Assembly: GCA_963422395.1 (NCBI GenBank)
Contig: OY729431.1
Location: forward strand, 1,696,001-1,760,000
From: Vicinamibacteria bacterium
GTDB lineage: Bacteria; Acidobacteriota; Vicinamibacteria; Marinacidobacterales; Marinacidobacteraceae
Reading direction: 5' to 3'
Length of the DNA stretch: 64,000 nucleotides
Of this stretch, positions 47,836 through 57,735 are shown piece after piece. Made by a program: the position numbers and the translations under genes. Under the pieces are notes generated by a model. The model had not been told where the DNA came from. It saw nothing but the letters and a program-made list of their open reading frames with translations, and searched no databases. Numbering within the stretch: the stretch's first letter is position 1; each line of letters starts with the position of its first letter.

Positions 47836-50574
47836 GTGATCCCCACGGCACCCCGACTCTTTCCTCCGCAGGGCTCCGCACCGGAAGCTGCCGGCGGGCC
47901 GGTGCGCCCGACCCGCCGCCGGTCGCGCGGAGAGTCGCCGGCCATGCGCCAATACCTCGATCTGAAGCGCGAGGCTGAAGACGCCATCCTCTTCTTCCGC
48001 ATGGGCGACTTCTACGAGGTCTTCTTCGAGGACGCCCAGCAGGCGGCGCAGGTGCTGAACATCGCCGTGACCTCGCGCCAGAAGAGTGCCGACGGAAGCG
48101 CGATTCCGATGGCGGGAGTGCCGCACCACGCCGCCGAGACCTACATCGCCCGACTCGTGCGCGCTGGATTCCGGGTGGCGGTGTGCGACCAGGTGGAGCC
48201 CGCCGGCGCCTCGCGCAGCCCGGTGCGCCGCGAGATCGTCCGCATCGCCACCCCGGCCACCTACCTCGACCCCGGGTACCTGGCGGATTCGGAAGCGGCC
48301 TATCTGATGGCGGCTGCCGAGCTCGGGACCGCGCAGCGGCCACTGCTGGGAGCAGCCTGGGTGGATCTGTCCACCGGCGACTTCACCGCCGCCGAATTCG
48401 GAGCGGAGACCCGCTTCCGGGAATGCGCCGAGGCGATGTCCGCGTTTCGCCCGCGCGAACTCCTCGCGGCGGAGGGCGCACCGCCGCGCGCGCTGCTCGC
48501 GGCCGCCGAAGGCGAGCCGCTCCTGACCCGGCGTCCCGGGTTCTGGTTCGAGTTCGAGCATGCGAGGGAGACCCTGCTCCGTCATTTCGGCACCGCTTCG
48601 CTCGAATCCTTCGGCGTCGAGGGAAGCCCGGCGGCGGTTGCGGCCGCCGGCGCGGCGATCAGCTATCTGGAGGAGACCCAGCGCGCCCGCCTCGCCCACC
48701 TCGTCGCCCTGAAACGCCTCGATACCTCCGGCCGGATGCCGCTCGACCCGGTGACCCTGCGGAATCTCGAGATCTTCCAGACGCTTTCCGGCGCCCGCAC
48801 CGGCGCGACGCTGGTCGAAACCCTCGACCGCACCTGTACCGGAATGGGCGCGCGGCTGCTGCGGCGCCGTCTCGCCGGGCCGCTGCTAGACAGAGGGTTT
48901 ATCCGCGAACGGCACCGGGCGGTCGACGAGCTGACCCGCGACCGCACCCTCTCGAACGCTGTCGCCGAAGCGCTCGGGAACTGCCCCGATCTCGAACGGC
49001 TGACCTCCCGGGTCGCCCTCCGCGTCGCCGGACCCCGCGAATACCTGAAAGTCGCCGAGGCCCTCTCGGTCGCCGAAACGCTTCGGGAAACCCTCGGCCC
49101 GGCGGGCACCAGCCTCCTCTGCAGTATCCGGGAGCGGCTCGATCCGCTCCCACCCATCCGCCGCCGCATCGAAGAGACGGTTGCCGGCGACGCCCCCCTT
49201 CTCCTCCGCGAGGGAGGGGTGATCCGGCCGGGGGTATCCGCGGAACTCGACGAGCTGCGGCGCCTCCGTTTCCATGGCCACGAGCGCATCCGGGACATGG
49301 AGGCACAGGAGCGGCAGCGCACTGGCATCCCGTCGCTCCGCATCCGCTACAAACAGGTGTTCGGCTACACCATCGAGGTGGGCAAGGGATACGCCGACCG
49401 GGTTCCCGAGGACTACCACCGGCGGCAGACCCTGGTGAACGCCGAGCGGTATGTAACCGAGGAGCTGAAGGAGTTCGAGGCACGGGTGGCCAGCGCCGAG
49501 GATGGCATCCGCGAGTTCGAATCCCAGCTCTTCCGAGCCCTAGAAGCGGAGGTCGGCGCCGCGGTGCCGGCGATCCTCCGGACCGCCGCCGCGCTCGGAG
49601 AAGCAGATGTAGCGCTAGGACTCGCCAACACTGCGTTCTCCCGCGACTATGTGATGCCGGAAATGCACGCTGGATTCGAAATCGAAGTTTCTGCCGGCCG
49701 CCACCCGGTGGTGGAAGCGGTCAGCGACGAGCGGTTCGTCCCGAACGACCTCCGGCTCGACGAGGGCTGCTTCCTCATGATCCTCACCGGCCCCAACATG
49801 GGCGGGAAATCCACCTTCCTGCGGCAGACGGCGCTCCACGCGGTGATGGCACAGATGGGCTCCTTCGTTCCGGCGGCCGCCGCCCGGCTGCCGGTGGTGG
49901 ATCGGGTCTTCGCCCGGGTCGGCGCTTCCGACGATCTCTCCCGCGGGCGTTCCACCTTCCTCACCGAGATGGAGGAAACCGCGCACATACTCCACCACAC
50001 CACCCGGCGCAGCCTGGTGCTGCTCGACGAGGTGGGGCGCGGCACCGCGACCTACGACGGTCTTTCGCTCGCCTGGGCCATCGTGGAACACATCGCACGC
50101 GCTCCCGGGCTGCAGATGAAGACGCTGTTCGCGACCCACTACCACGAACTGACCGCGCTCGCCGCGGCGGAACGAGGGGTGGTGAACTTCCATGTCGAGG
50201 CGAAAGAGCATCGGGACGAAATCGTGTTCCTGCGCCAAGTGGCCCCCGGCGGCACGAACCGCAGCTACGGCATCCAGGTAGCGAAGCTCGCCGGAATCCC
50301 CGCTGCGGTCGTCCAGCGAGCGGGCGAAGTGCTCGGAAGCCTGACCGAAGAAGCCGGCGGGCGCGGCGCCCGGCGGCCGCCACCGGAACCCGGCGTCTCC
50401 CACTCCCCGCTCGAGCGGGCGGAACGCCGCGTGGCGGAAGCCCTGCGCGCCGCCGAACCCGACGCGATCAGCCCCAAGGAAGCGCTCGACCTGCTCTATC
50501 GCCTCCGGCAGCAGCTCGAACCTGCGGCTTCCCGCACCGCCAGGATGGATTCCGTACCGCCGGAGGGCGCCTGA
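47836..50574 (+). CDS. mutS: DNA mismatch repair protein MutS
   Basis: FFRMGDFYE, TGPNMGGKST, STFLTEM, LDEVGRGT, FATHYHEL, SYGIQVAKLAG. Confidence 0.97.
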   Translation: MIPTAPRLFPPQGSAPEAAGGPVRPTRRRSRGESPAMRQYLDLKREAEDAILFFRMGDFYEVFFEDAQQAAQVLNIAVTSRQKSADGSAIPMAGVPHHAAETYIARLVRAGFRVAVCDQVEPAGASRSPVRREIVRIATPATYLDPGYLADSEAAYLMAAAELGTAQRPLLGAAWVDLSTGDFTAAEFGAETRFRECAEAMSAFRPRELLAAEGAPPRALLAAAEGEPLLTRRPGFWFEFEHARETLLRHFGTASLESFGVEGSPAAVAAAGAAISYLEETQRARLAHLVALKRLDTSGRMPLDPVTLRNLEIFQTLSGARTGATLVETLDRTCTGMGARLLRRRLAGPLLDRGFIRERHRAVDELTRDRTLSNAVAEALGNCPDLERLTSRVALRVAGPREYLKVAEALSVAETLRETLGPAGTSLLCSIRERLDPLPPIRRRIEETVAGDAPLLLREGGVIRPGVSAELDELRRLRFHGHERIRDMEAQERQRTGIPSLRIRYKQVFGYTIEVGKGYADRVPEDYHRRQTLVNAERYVTEELKEFEARVASAEDGIREFESQLFRALEAEVGAAVPAILRTAAALGEADVALGLANTAFSRDYVMPEMHAGFEIEVSAGRHPVVEAVSDERFVPNDLRLDEGCFLMILTGPNMGGKSTFLRQTALHAVMAQMGSFVPAAAARLPVVDRVFARVGASDDLSRGRSTFLTEMEETAHILHHTTRRSLVLLDEVGRGTATYDGLSLAWAIVEHIARAPGLQMKTLFATHYHELTALAAAERGVVNFHVEAKEHRDEIVFLRQVAPGGTNRSYGIQVAKLAGIPAAVVQRAGEVLGSLTEEAGGRGARRPPPEPGVSHSPLERAERRVAEALRAAEPDAISPKEALDLLYRLRQQLEPAASRTARMDSVPPEGA

Positions 50575-51566
50575 TGATCGACGCACCTGACCGGCGGTTG
50601 CAAGCCGGCTCTCTTTTCCTGTTCGTGGCTCTTTTCGCCGGGTGCGGCGACGAACGCCCACGGCCCTTCGCGCTGGCCACCGGGAACACCGCCGGCGTCT
50701 ATTACCCCCTCGGCGGAGCGATGGCCAGCCGGTTCACCCGCGATCTGCCCGGAGTCGTGGTTCGGGCGGAAGTGACCGCCGGCTCGGTCACGAACCTGAT
50801 CCAGGTCGCCAAGGGCGAAAGCGACATCGGCTTCGGCCAGGCCGACGCGGTGGCCGACGCTCTCGCCGGCGCCGGCCGGTTCCCCGATTCCCTGCCCCTC
50901 CGCATCCTCGCCCGGGTGTACCCCAACATCGTGCACCTGCTCAGCGTCAGCGGGCGGGGGATCTCTGCGGTAGGCGATCTCCCGGGCAAACGGGTCTCCG
51001 TCGGCCCCCCGGGTTCGGGAAACGAGGTGACCGCGAGGAATGTGCTGCGGGCGGTGGGAATCGCCGAGACCGACCTGCGCATCCGCCAGATGAACTACAC
51101 CCAGAGCATCAACGGGCTCAAGGACGGAACGCTCGACGCAGTCTTCCTCGCCGCCGGGCTCGGGGTGTCTTCGGTGATCGAGCTGGGCCTCACCCGCCCG
51201 CTGGTGCTGGTGCCGTTCACCCGCGAGGAGATCGCCGCCGTCGAGGCCTCGAATAGCGCCTACCAGGGCATCGAGGTTCCGCCGGGCGTCTATCGCGGGG
51301 TGGACACCGAGACCCTCACCCCGTCGCTGTGGAACTTGCTGTTCGTCCACGAGGACCTCGACGAGGGGACGGCCTACGCTCTCGCCGCCTCGCTGCTCGG
51401 CGGGCGCGAGGCATTCTCGTCCGTCACCCGGAACGCGAACTTCATCCGGCTCGACAGCCTCGATGCGGTGGGCGCCCTGCCCCTCCACCCGGGGGCGAAG
51501 GCGTTCTACGACGAGGAGCGGGCCCGCCGGGGGCTCAAGAAACCGCCCGCCGGAGGAAGGCCATGA
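50574..51566 (+). CDS. TAXI-family TRAP transporter solute-binding lipoprotein
   Basis: Lipobox FAGC; ATGNTAGVYYPLGGA, TAGSVTN, GKRVSVGPPGSG, PLHPGAKAFY. Confidence 0.93.
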   Translation: MIDAPDRRLQAGSLFLFVALFAGCGDERPRPFALATGNTAGVYYPLGGAMASRFTRDLPGVVVRAEVTAGSVTNLIQVAKGESDIGFGQADAVADALAGAGRFPDSLPLRILARVYPNIVHLLSVSGRGISAVGDLPGKRVSVGPPGSGNEVTARNVLRAVGIAETDLRIRQMNYTQSINGLKDGTLDAVFLAAGLGVSSVIELGLTRPLVLVPFTREEIAAVEASNSAYQGIEVPPGVYRGVDTETLTPSLWNLLFVHEDLDEGTAYALAASLLGGREAFSSVTRNANFIRLDSLDAVGALPLHPGAKAFYDEERARRGLKKPPAGGRP

Positions 51567-53473
51567 GCCCGGACCCGCGCCCGCCGCTCCCCTTCGCGGT
51601 GCTGCTCGGCGGCGCGGCACTCTCGCTGTTCCACCTCTGGCAGGCGGTTTTCGGTTCCCTGGGAGCGACCTGGCTCCGGCCGATCCACCTGACCTGGATC
51701 CTCGTTCTCGCCTTCCTCCACACCGCTTTCCCCGCCGGGCGTACGGCCGCCTCCCCCCCGGAGCCCGGAGGCGTCCCGCCCGCCCGGAGCCGCCGCGTCC
51801 GTCGATTCGATCTCCTCCTCGCCGCCGCTTCGCTCGCCGCCGGCGTGGCGGTGATCCGTTTCGACCGACAGGGGATCGGCCACATCCTCGACGGACTCGA
51901 CCCGCTCGACCTCGCCGCCGGAGCGGCGCTCCTCGCCATCCTCCTCGAAGCCACCCGGCGGCGAGTCGGTGCCGTGATGACTGCGGTGGTGGGAGTCTTT
52001 CTCGCCTACAACGCCCTCGGGGCTTCACTGCCGGGCCTCCTCGCCCACCGGGGGTTCGAGATGGAGCGGATCCTTCGCTTCGAGGTGTTCACCGGGGCGG
52101 GGCTCTTCGGCCTGCCTCTGGGAGTGGCGAGCAGCACCGTCTTCGTGTTCGTGTTGTTCGGAACGCTCCTCGAATCCACCGGCGGCGGCCGCTTCTTCAT
52201 CAACCTGGCGTTCGCCGCCGCCGGGCGGTCTGCGGGCGGGCCGGCGAAGGCGGCGGTGCTGGCCTCGGCAGCGCTCGGGTCGGTGTCGGGGTCCGCCATC
52301 GCGAACACGGTGACCACCGGCGCGCTGACCATTCCGATGATGAAGCGCCTCGGCTTCTCCCGCGAGGAGGCCGGAGGAATCGAGGCGGCAGCGTCCACCG
52401 GCGGCCAGCTCATGCCGCCGATCATGGGCGCCGGGGCCTTCCTCATGGCGGAGCTCACGAACACCCCCTACCCCCGCATCGTCCTGATCTCGATCCTTCC
52501 CGCGCTGCTGTTCTTCGCCGGGGCGCTGCTCTTCGTCCACGGCCTCGCTTCGCGCCGCGGGATCGCGGCGATGGAATCCCGGCCGTCCGTGGTCCGAACC
52601 CTCGCCGAAGGCGCGCATTTCCTCGCTGCGATCGCAGTGGTCGTCGCACTGCTGCTGCTCAACTACTCGCCGCCGCTGGTCGGCGCCGCCGGCTGTCTCG
52701 CGGTCGTTACCGCGGGAGCACTCCGCCGCCGCACCCGGATCGGGCCGCAGCGTCTCCTCGAAGGATTGGCACGGGGAGCAGTGGCTGCAGTGCCGGTATC
52801 CCTCGCCTGCGCCGCCGCCGGAATCGTGGTCGGGGTCATCGGGCAGACCGGAGTGGGACTCCAGTTCGCGGAACTGCTCCTCGGGATGGCCGATGGGTCA
52901 CTCCTGCCCGCGCTCGCGCTCTCCGGGTTCGCCGCCCTCATCCTGGGAATGGGTCTGCCGGTGACTGCCGCCTACATCGTGGTCGCAGTGGTGGCCGCGC
53001 CCGCACTCATCGGCCTCGGCGTCCCGCTGCTCACCGCCCATCTGATCCTGTTCTGGCTGTCCCAGACCTCGAATGTGACCCCGCCGATCGCTCTGGCCGC
53101 CTTCGCCGGCGCCGGAGTGGCCGGCGGCCGGCCCATGAGAACCGCCGTCGCCGCCGCACGGCTGGCGCTCGGACTCTTCCTCGTGCCCCTGCTCATGGCC
53201 TACACCCCGCTGTTGCCGGCGCCGGGCGAGCCGCTCGGGGTGCCCCAGGGGCTCGCCTTCCTCTCCGGCCTCGCCGCGCTCGGAGCGGCGGCCGTCGCGC
53301 TCTACGGCCACGGCATCCGGCTGGCTGGCGTGGTCGAGCGGTTTTCGATGGGGGCGGCGGCTCTGCTTCTCCTGTTCGCCGATCCCGCGGTTCGCCTCGC
53401 GGGAGCAGTGCTCGCCCTGATCGCCTTTCTTCCGCAGCTGCGGCGGACGCCGCCGACCCCACCGCCGGACTAG
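51563..53473 (+). CDS. TRAP transporter fused (4TM/12TM) permease
   Basis: GGPAKAAV, SGSAIANTVTTG, EAAASTGGQLMPPIMGAGAF, GMGLPVTAAY, VTPPIALAAF. Confidence 0.93.
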   Translation: MSPDPRPPLPFAVLLGGAALSLFHLWQAVFGSLGATWLRPIHLTWILVLAFLHTAFPAGRTAASPPEPGGVPPARSRRVRRFDLLLAAASLAAGVAVIRFDRQGIGHILDGLDPLDLAAGAALLAILLEATRRRVGAVMTAVVGVFLAYNALGASLPGLLAHRGFEMERILRFEVFTGAGLFGLPLGVASSTVFVFVLFGTLLESTGGGRFFINLAFAAAGRSAGGPAKAAVLASAALGSVSGSAIANTVTTGALTIPMMKRLGFSREEAGGIEAAASTGGQLMPPIMGAGAFLMAELTNTPYPRIVLISILPALLFFAGALLFVHGLASRRGIAAMESRPSVVRTLAEGAHFLAAIAVVVALLLLNYSPPLVGAAGCLAVVTAGALRRRTRIGPQRLLEGLARGAVAAVPVSLACAAAGIVVGVIGQTGVGLQFAELLLGMADGSLLPALALSGFAALILGMGLPVTAAYIVVAVVAAPALIGLGVPLLTAHLILFWLSQTSNVTPPIALAAFAGAGVAGGRPMRTAVAAARLALGLFLVPLLMAYTPLLPAPGEPLGVPQGLAFLSGLAALGAAAVALYGHGIRLAGVVERFSMGAAALLLLFADPAVRLAGAVLALIAFLPQLRRTPPTPPPD

Positions 53474-53487
53474 CCAGCCTCGGGGGT

Positions 53488-54021
53488 TCAGAGCAGCCGC
53501 GCGCGCCAGAGGTACTGCAGCGAGGTCACGAGCGTGAGCGCGACCATGGTTCCCAGCAGTACGGGGGTGATGAAGTGGTCGAGCCGGAACTGGTTCGCCA
53601 GCAGGATCCACAGAATCCCCACCACATTCGTGACCGTCGCCCACTTCCCCAGCCGACTCGGCGGAAAGTCACGGCGGCCCACCGCAAGGCTGTAGGCGGA
53701 GGCCACGATCAGGATCGTCGCGTCGCGCGCCAGCACCAGAGTCGCGATCCACGCCGGGATCCGCACCGAGACGCCCTCGATCGGCGCGGCGAGTGCCACC
53801 ACCGCCGAGACGATCAGCACCTTGTCGGCGAGCGGGTCGAGCACCGCACCCAGCTGACTGTGCTCCTTCCGGCGGCGGGCGATGACGCCGTCCATGGCGT
53901 CGGTGAGCCCCGCGAGCAGCAGCGCGGCGATGGCCCAGGCGAAGCGTCCGTAGATGATGCTGATGACCACCGCCGGCGCGAGCAGCAGCCGGAGCACGGT
54001 GAGTTGGTTCGCGAGGGTCAT
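53488..54021 (-). CDS. CDP-alcohol phosphatidyltransferase (PgsA-like)
   Basis: MTLANQLTVLR, TDAMDGVIAR...LGAVLDPLADK, LGKWAT. Confidence 0.9.
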   Translation of the reverse strand: MTLANQLTVLRLLLAPAVVISIIYGRFAWAIAALLLAGLTDAMDGVIARRRKEHSQLGAVLDPLADKVLIVSAVVALAAPIEGVSVRIPAWIATLVLARDATILIVASAYSLAVGRRDFPPSRLGKWATVTNVVGILWILLANQFRLDHFITPVLLGTMVALTLVTSLQYLWRARLL

Positions 54022-54040
54022 CGGGGCGGGCAGGCCGGGA

Positions 54041-55471
54041 TCAGGGAAAGATCCCGAGCTCCTCGTAGGAGCGGCGGATCTTCTCGAGCGCCACCACATA
54101 GGCGGCGATCCGCAGATCCGCCATGCCGAACCGCCGGCTGGCGTCGCGGATCTCGTCGTAAGCGAGCGTCATCTTCTCCTCGAGGCCGCTGACGACCAAC
54201 TCTTTTTCGTCGGATTGGGTGACGAGCCCGGTGCGTATTTCCGGACTCAGCTGCTTGCCCGCGAGCAGCTCGGCGGCGGTGAGCAGCGCGTTCGCATTGG
54301 CGATTTCGAGACGCTTCTCCAAGAGCCCGAAGCGCATGTGCGAGAGGTTCCGTGCCCACTCGAAATAGGACACCACCACCCCGCCGGCGTTCAGATAGAC
54401 ATCCGGGATCACCGGAATCCGCCGCTCGCGGAGGATCCGATCGCCCGCGGGAGTGGTCGGTCCGTTCGCCGCCTCCGCCACCAGCTTCGCCTCGACCAGC
54501 GGCGCGGTCTCGGCGTTGATGACATTCTCGATCGCCGCCGGAATCAGCACATCGCAGGGAACCGCGAGCACCGCCTCGGGAGGCAGCTCCGTTTCGGCGG
54601 CGGGAAAGCCGCGCACCGTTCCCCGCTCCCGCTGCCACTCCTGAAGCTCGGCCACCGGGATCCCGTCGCCGCCCCGGCGAACGACGGTCGTGTCCCACTC
54701 GCCGATGGCGACGATCTTCGCGCCCCGGCGGGAGAGGATGTCGGCGGTGTGGAAGCCGACATTCCCGAAACCCTGGATCGCCACTCGCTTGCCATCGAGC
54801 CCGCGGCTCAGTCCGGACCCGGGAAAGTCCTCCACGAATTCGAGCCCGCGGCCGAGGCCGAGGACCACGCCCCGGCCGGTCGCGTCGGCGCGTCCACGCA
54901 CCCCGCCCTGCGTGACCGGCTTGCCGGTGACGCAGGCGAAATTGTCGATCTCGCCGGGATGCATCGCATCGTAGGTGTCGGCGATCCAGGCCATCTCGCG
55001 GGGGCCGGTCCCCAGATCGGGAGCCGGAACATTCACCCCCGGACCGATGAAATTCTTGCGGATCAGCTCGGCGGTGTACCGACGGGTGATCCGCTCCACC
55101 TGCTCGGGGCGGTACCGGCGCGGATCGAACGCCACCCCGCCCTTCGAACCGCCGAAGGGCACATTCACGATGGCGCACTTGTAGGTCATGAGCGCCGAGA
55201 GCGCGCTGATCTCCTGTTGGTTGACGAGCGGGCTGTAGCGGATACCGCCCTTCAGCGGATGGCGGTGGTGGCTGTGTTCCGCACGCCATCCGGAAAAGAC
55301 CTCCACCCGGTCGCCGAACTTGACCGGAAACCGAGTGTAGTAGATCGAATCGGTGAGGCAGATCTGCTGGAGCAGACCGGTCGGGAGCTCCAGCTTGCGC
55401 GCCGCTTCGTGAACGAGACCGTGAACGCTCCGTTCGAGATCGAGATCCAGGGATCTTCCGTTCGCGGTCAT
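54041..55471 (-). CDS. gdhA: Glutamate dehydrogenase (Glu/Leu/Phe/Val family)
   Basis: KGGIRY, MTYKCA, PFGGSKGG, VPAPDLGT, VTGKP, QGFGNVG, EAANGP, NAGGVVVSYFEW. Confidence 0.93.
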   Translation of the reverse strand: MTANGRSLDLDLERSVHGLVHEAARKLELPTGLLQQICLTDSIYYTRFPVKFGDRVEVFSGWRAEHSHHRHPLKGGIRYSPLVNQQEISALSALMTYKCAIVNVPFGGSKGGVAFDPRRYRPEQVERITRRYTAELIRKNFIGPGVNVPAPDLGTGPREMAWIADTYDAMHPGEIDNFACVTGKPVTQGGVRGRADATGRGVVLGLGRGLEFVEDFPGSGLSRGLDGKRVAIQGFGNVGFHTADILSRRGAKIVAIGEWDTTVVRRGGDGIPVAELQEWQRERGTVRGFPAAETELPPEAVLAVPCDVLIPAAIENVINAETAPLVEAKLVAEAANGPTTPAGDRILRERRIPVIPDVYLNAGGVVVSYFEWARNLSHMRFGLLEKRLEIANANALLTAAELLAGKQLSPEIRTGLVTQSDEKELVVSGLEEKMTLAYDEIRDASRRFGMADLRIAAYVVALEKIRRSYEELGIFP

Positions 55472-56466
55472 GGGTCGGGATCGTAGAACAGCGTGAGAGG
55501 CGCCCGAGCGGGATTCGCGCCGTTCGGGGCCGCCGGTGGATCGAGTGGAGCGGGCAGGAAGTCCCGGACCGCTGCCCGGCAGGCGGCGGGATCCTCGAGG
55601 CAGGGGCGGCCGTGGGACGCCCCCTCGATGGTGATCATCCGGCTCGCAGACAGTCCGTTCGCCCGGAAGACCGCCGCTTGGCCGGAGACGGGCGCGCGGC
55701 GGTCGGCATCGCCCGCGATCACCAGCACCGGGACCCCGCGTGCGCCCAGCTGCCGGGAGAGCATCTCCACATCCAGGTCTCGGGGCGAAACCCCCGCCGA
55801 GAGACGCATTCCCGCGAGGGTGAGATCCCCCGCGGGGAAAGGCGGGAGCCCGAGAAACAGGTCGGCGTAGCGGTCCACCACCGCGGGTGCGCTCTGGAAG
55901 ACGCTGTCGAGGACGACCCCCGCCGGCCGAAGAGCGGTAGCGACCCCCGCTCCGGCCGCTGCGGCCCCGCCCATGGAGACTCCGTGGAGGACGAGCGGCT
56001 CGTCGGGGAACACCTGGCCCAGGTAGTCGGCCCCGGCGAGGACATCGAACCGCTCCAAGTAGCCGAGCGTCGTTCGCTCGCCGCCGCTCCCGCCGTGGCG
56101 CCGAAGGTCGAGCAGCAGCGCCCGGCATCCGTTCCGCACGAGCCAGGCGCCGTGCGCCAGGAGCTCGCGCCGAGAGCGAAAGAGGCCGTGCGCCAGGACT
56201 ACCGAGCAGCGGACCGGCTCCCGGCCCGGCAGCAGCCACGCGGAAACCCGCACCCCGTCGCGGGTCTGGAGGAAGACGGTTCGGTAGGAAAGCCCTTCGT
56301 CCGCAGGGGTGGAGGTCAATACCCGATCCTGCGGCCTCGTCCCGGCGAACCGGGTCAGCATCACCCCCACCGCCATCGGAACCCCGAGCGCGAACAGGAG
56401 GAGCAGGGTCCCGAACCCGGCGAGCACGAAAAGCCACCGGCGGCGACGGCGGGTTCGAGAACTCAC
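55468..56466 (-). CDS. Membrane-anchored alpha/beta hydrolase
   Basis: N-terminal TM; LAHGL, DLRRHGGS, nucleophile motif GVSMG, GDAD, GASH; GTGA overlap with the MFS stop. Confidence 0.85.
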   Translation of the reverse strand: MSSRTRRRRRWLFVLAGFGTLLLLFALGVPMAVGVMLTRFAGTRPQDRVLTSTPADEGLSYRTVFLQTRDGVRVSAWLLPGREPVRCSVVLAHGLFRSRRELLAHGAWLVRNGCRALLLDLRRHGGSGGERTTLGYLERFDVLAGADYLGQVFPDEPLVLHGVSMGGAAAAGAGVATALRPAGVVLDSVFQSAPAVVDRYADLFLGLPPFPAGDLTLAGMRLSAGVSPRDLDVEMLSRQLGARGVPVLVIAGDADRRAPVSGQAAVFRANGLSASRMITIEGASHGRPCLEDPAACRAAVRDFLPAPLDPPAAPNGANPARAPLTLFYDPDP

Positions 56467-57680
56467 GCGGCGGAGCGCGGTTCCGGCACCCGCGCCACGA
56501 AGACCGCCGCGAGGGCGCCGAATCCCGCCATGGCCCAGCAGACCGCCGAGAACCCGAACGGGTACAGCGCGCCGCCGAGCGCCGCCGCGGCGGCGATGCC
56601 GAGTTGGGAAAATGTGTTGGAGAAGGCGAGGAAAGCCGCTCTTCGGTTCGGTTCCACGAGTTCGCTGCGGAGTGCGGCGAAGGCGGCGATCCGGGCGACC
56701 CCGAAGCAGCCGAAGGCGAGGAGCACGAGGAGGAGCGCCGCACCCGACAGATAGGGCAGCGCCAAGGTGAGGGCGACCACCGCAAACGACGCGGCGAGGG
56801 TGAAGCGGCGCTTGCCGAAACGGTCGGCGAGCGGCCCGCTGAGCGGCTGCACCACGAAGATCGCCGCGCCGAAGGCGCCATAGAGCAGCCCGACCTGTTC
56901 GAGCGAAAGTCCCCGGCTCTGCTGCATCCACCCCGAGGCATAGGCAGAAACCCCGATCAGGCTGCCGGACATGCAGAAGGCGGCGAGCGCCGCGGTCCGG
57001 AGCCGCGGGCGCCGCAGGAACTCGAGATGTCCCGCCAGATGTTGCGTCAGCCCTTTCTTCGGGGAGCGCGCCGGCGCCTCCGGGGGCGCGTTTCGACGCG
57101 AGAGCGCCTCTGGCCGCCGCGGGAGAGCGAGCAGCATCCCCGCGCAAACGACAGCGAAGAGGGCGAGCCCGGCATACACCGCAGGGTGCCCGAAGCGTCC
57201 CGCAGTGAAAGCGGCCACGACCTGCCCCAGTATCGCCGCACCCATCGCTCCTCCCATCAGGATCGCCATGACCCGTCCCCGCCGTTCGTACGGCACCAGA
57301 TCGGCGACCCAGGCGATCGCCAGCGCGGCGATGGTCCCGCCGGCCGCCCCGGCTCCGATCCGCGCCAGCAGGAAGGCGCCGTACCGCGGATAGAACGCGA
57401 TCACCGCCGCCGAGCCGAAGAGCACCAGCACCGCTCCCAACAGGTAGCGGCGGCGCCCCCTGACATCGGACAGCGGACCGACGACCAGCGCGGTCAGCGA
57501 GGCGGCGAAGGCGTAGGCGGAAAGCGCGAAGCCCACCGCAGGCACCGAAACCTCGAGCCCGTCGGCGAGCACCGCGATGAGCGGCGTGATCACCTGCTGG
57601 TCGAGCAACCCGACTCCGAGCGTCGCTCCCAGCACCGTCCCCGGCCAAGCGAAGGAAGGCGTGCTCGAACGGTCGCTCAT
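56463..57680 (-). CDS. MFS transporter
   Basis: About 12 TM segments; motif A GPLSDVRGRR and GPLADRFGKR. Confidence 0.9.
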   Translation of the reverse strand: MSDRSSTPSFAWPGTVLGATLGVGLLDQQVITPLIAVLADGLEVSVPAVGFALSAYAFAASLTALVVGPLSDVRGRRRYLLGAVLVLFGSAAVIAFYPRYGAFLLARIGAGAAGGTIAALAIAWVADLVPYERRGRVMAILMGGAMGAAILGQVVAAFTAGRFGHPAVYAGLALFAVVCAGMLLALPRRPEALSRRNAPPEAPARSPKKGLTQHLAGHLEFLRRPRLRTAALAAFCMSGSLIGVSAYASGWMQQSRGLSLEQVGLLYGAFGAAIFVVQPLSGPLADRFGKRRFTLAASFAVVALTLALPYLSGAALLLVLLAFGCFGVARIAAFAALRSELVEPNRRAAFLAFSNTFSQLGIAAAAALGGALYPFGFSAVCWAMAGFGALAAVFVARVPEPRSAA

Positions 57681-57735
57681 GGCAGTCGGGAGGGGCGAAA
57701 ACCCGGAGGCTCGGGTATTCTCGCGCTGCCCCGCC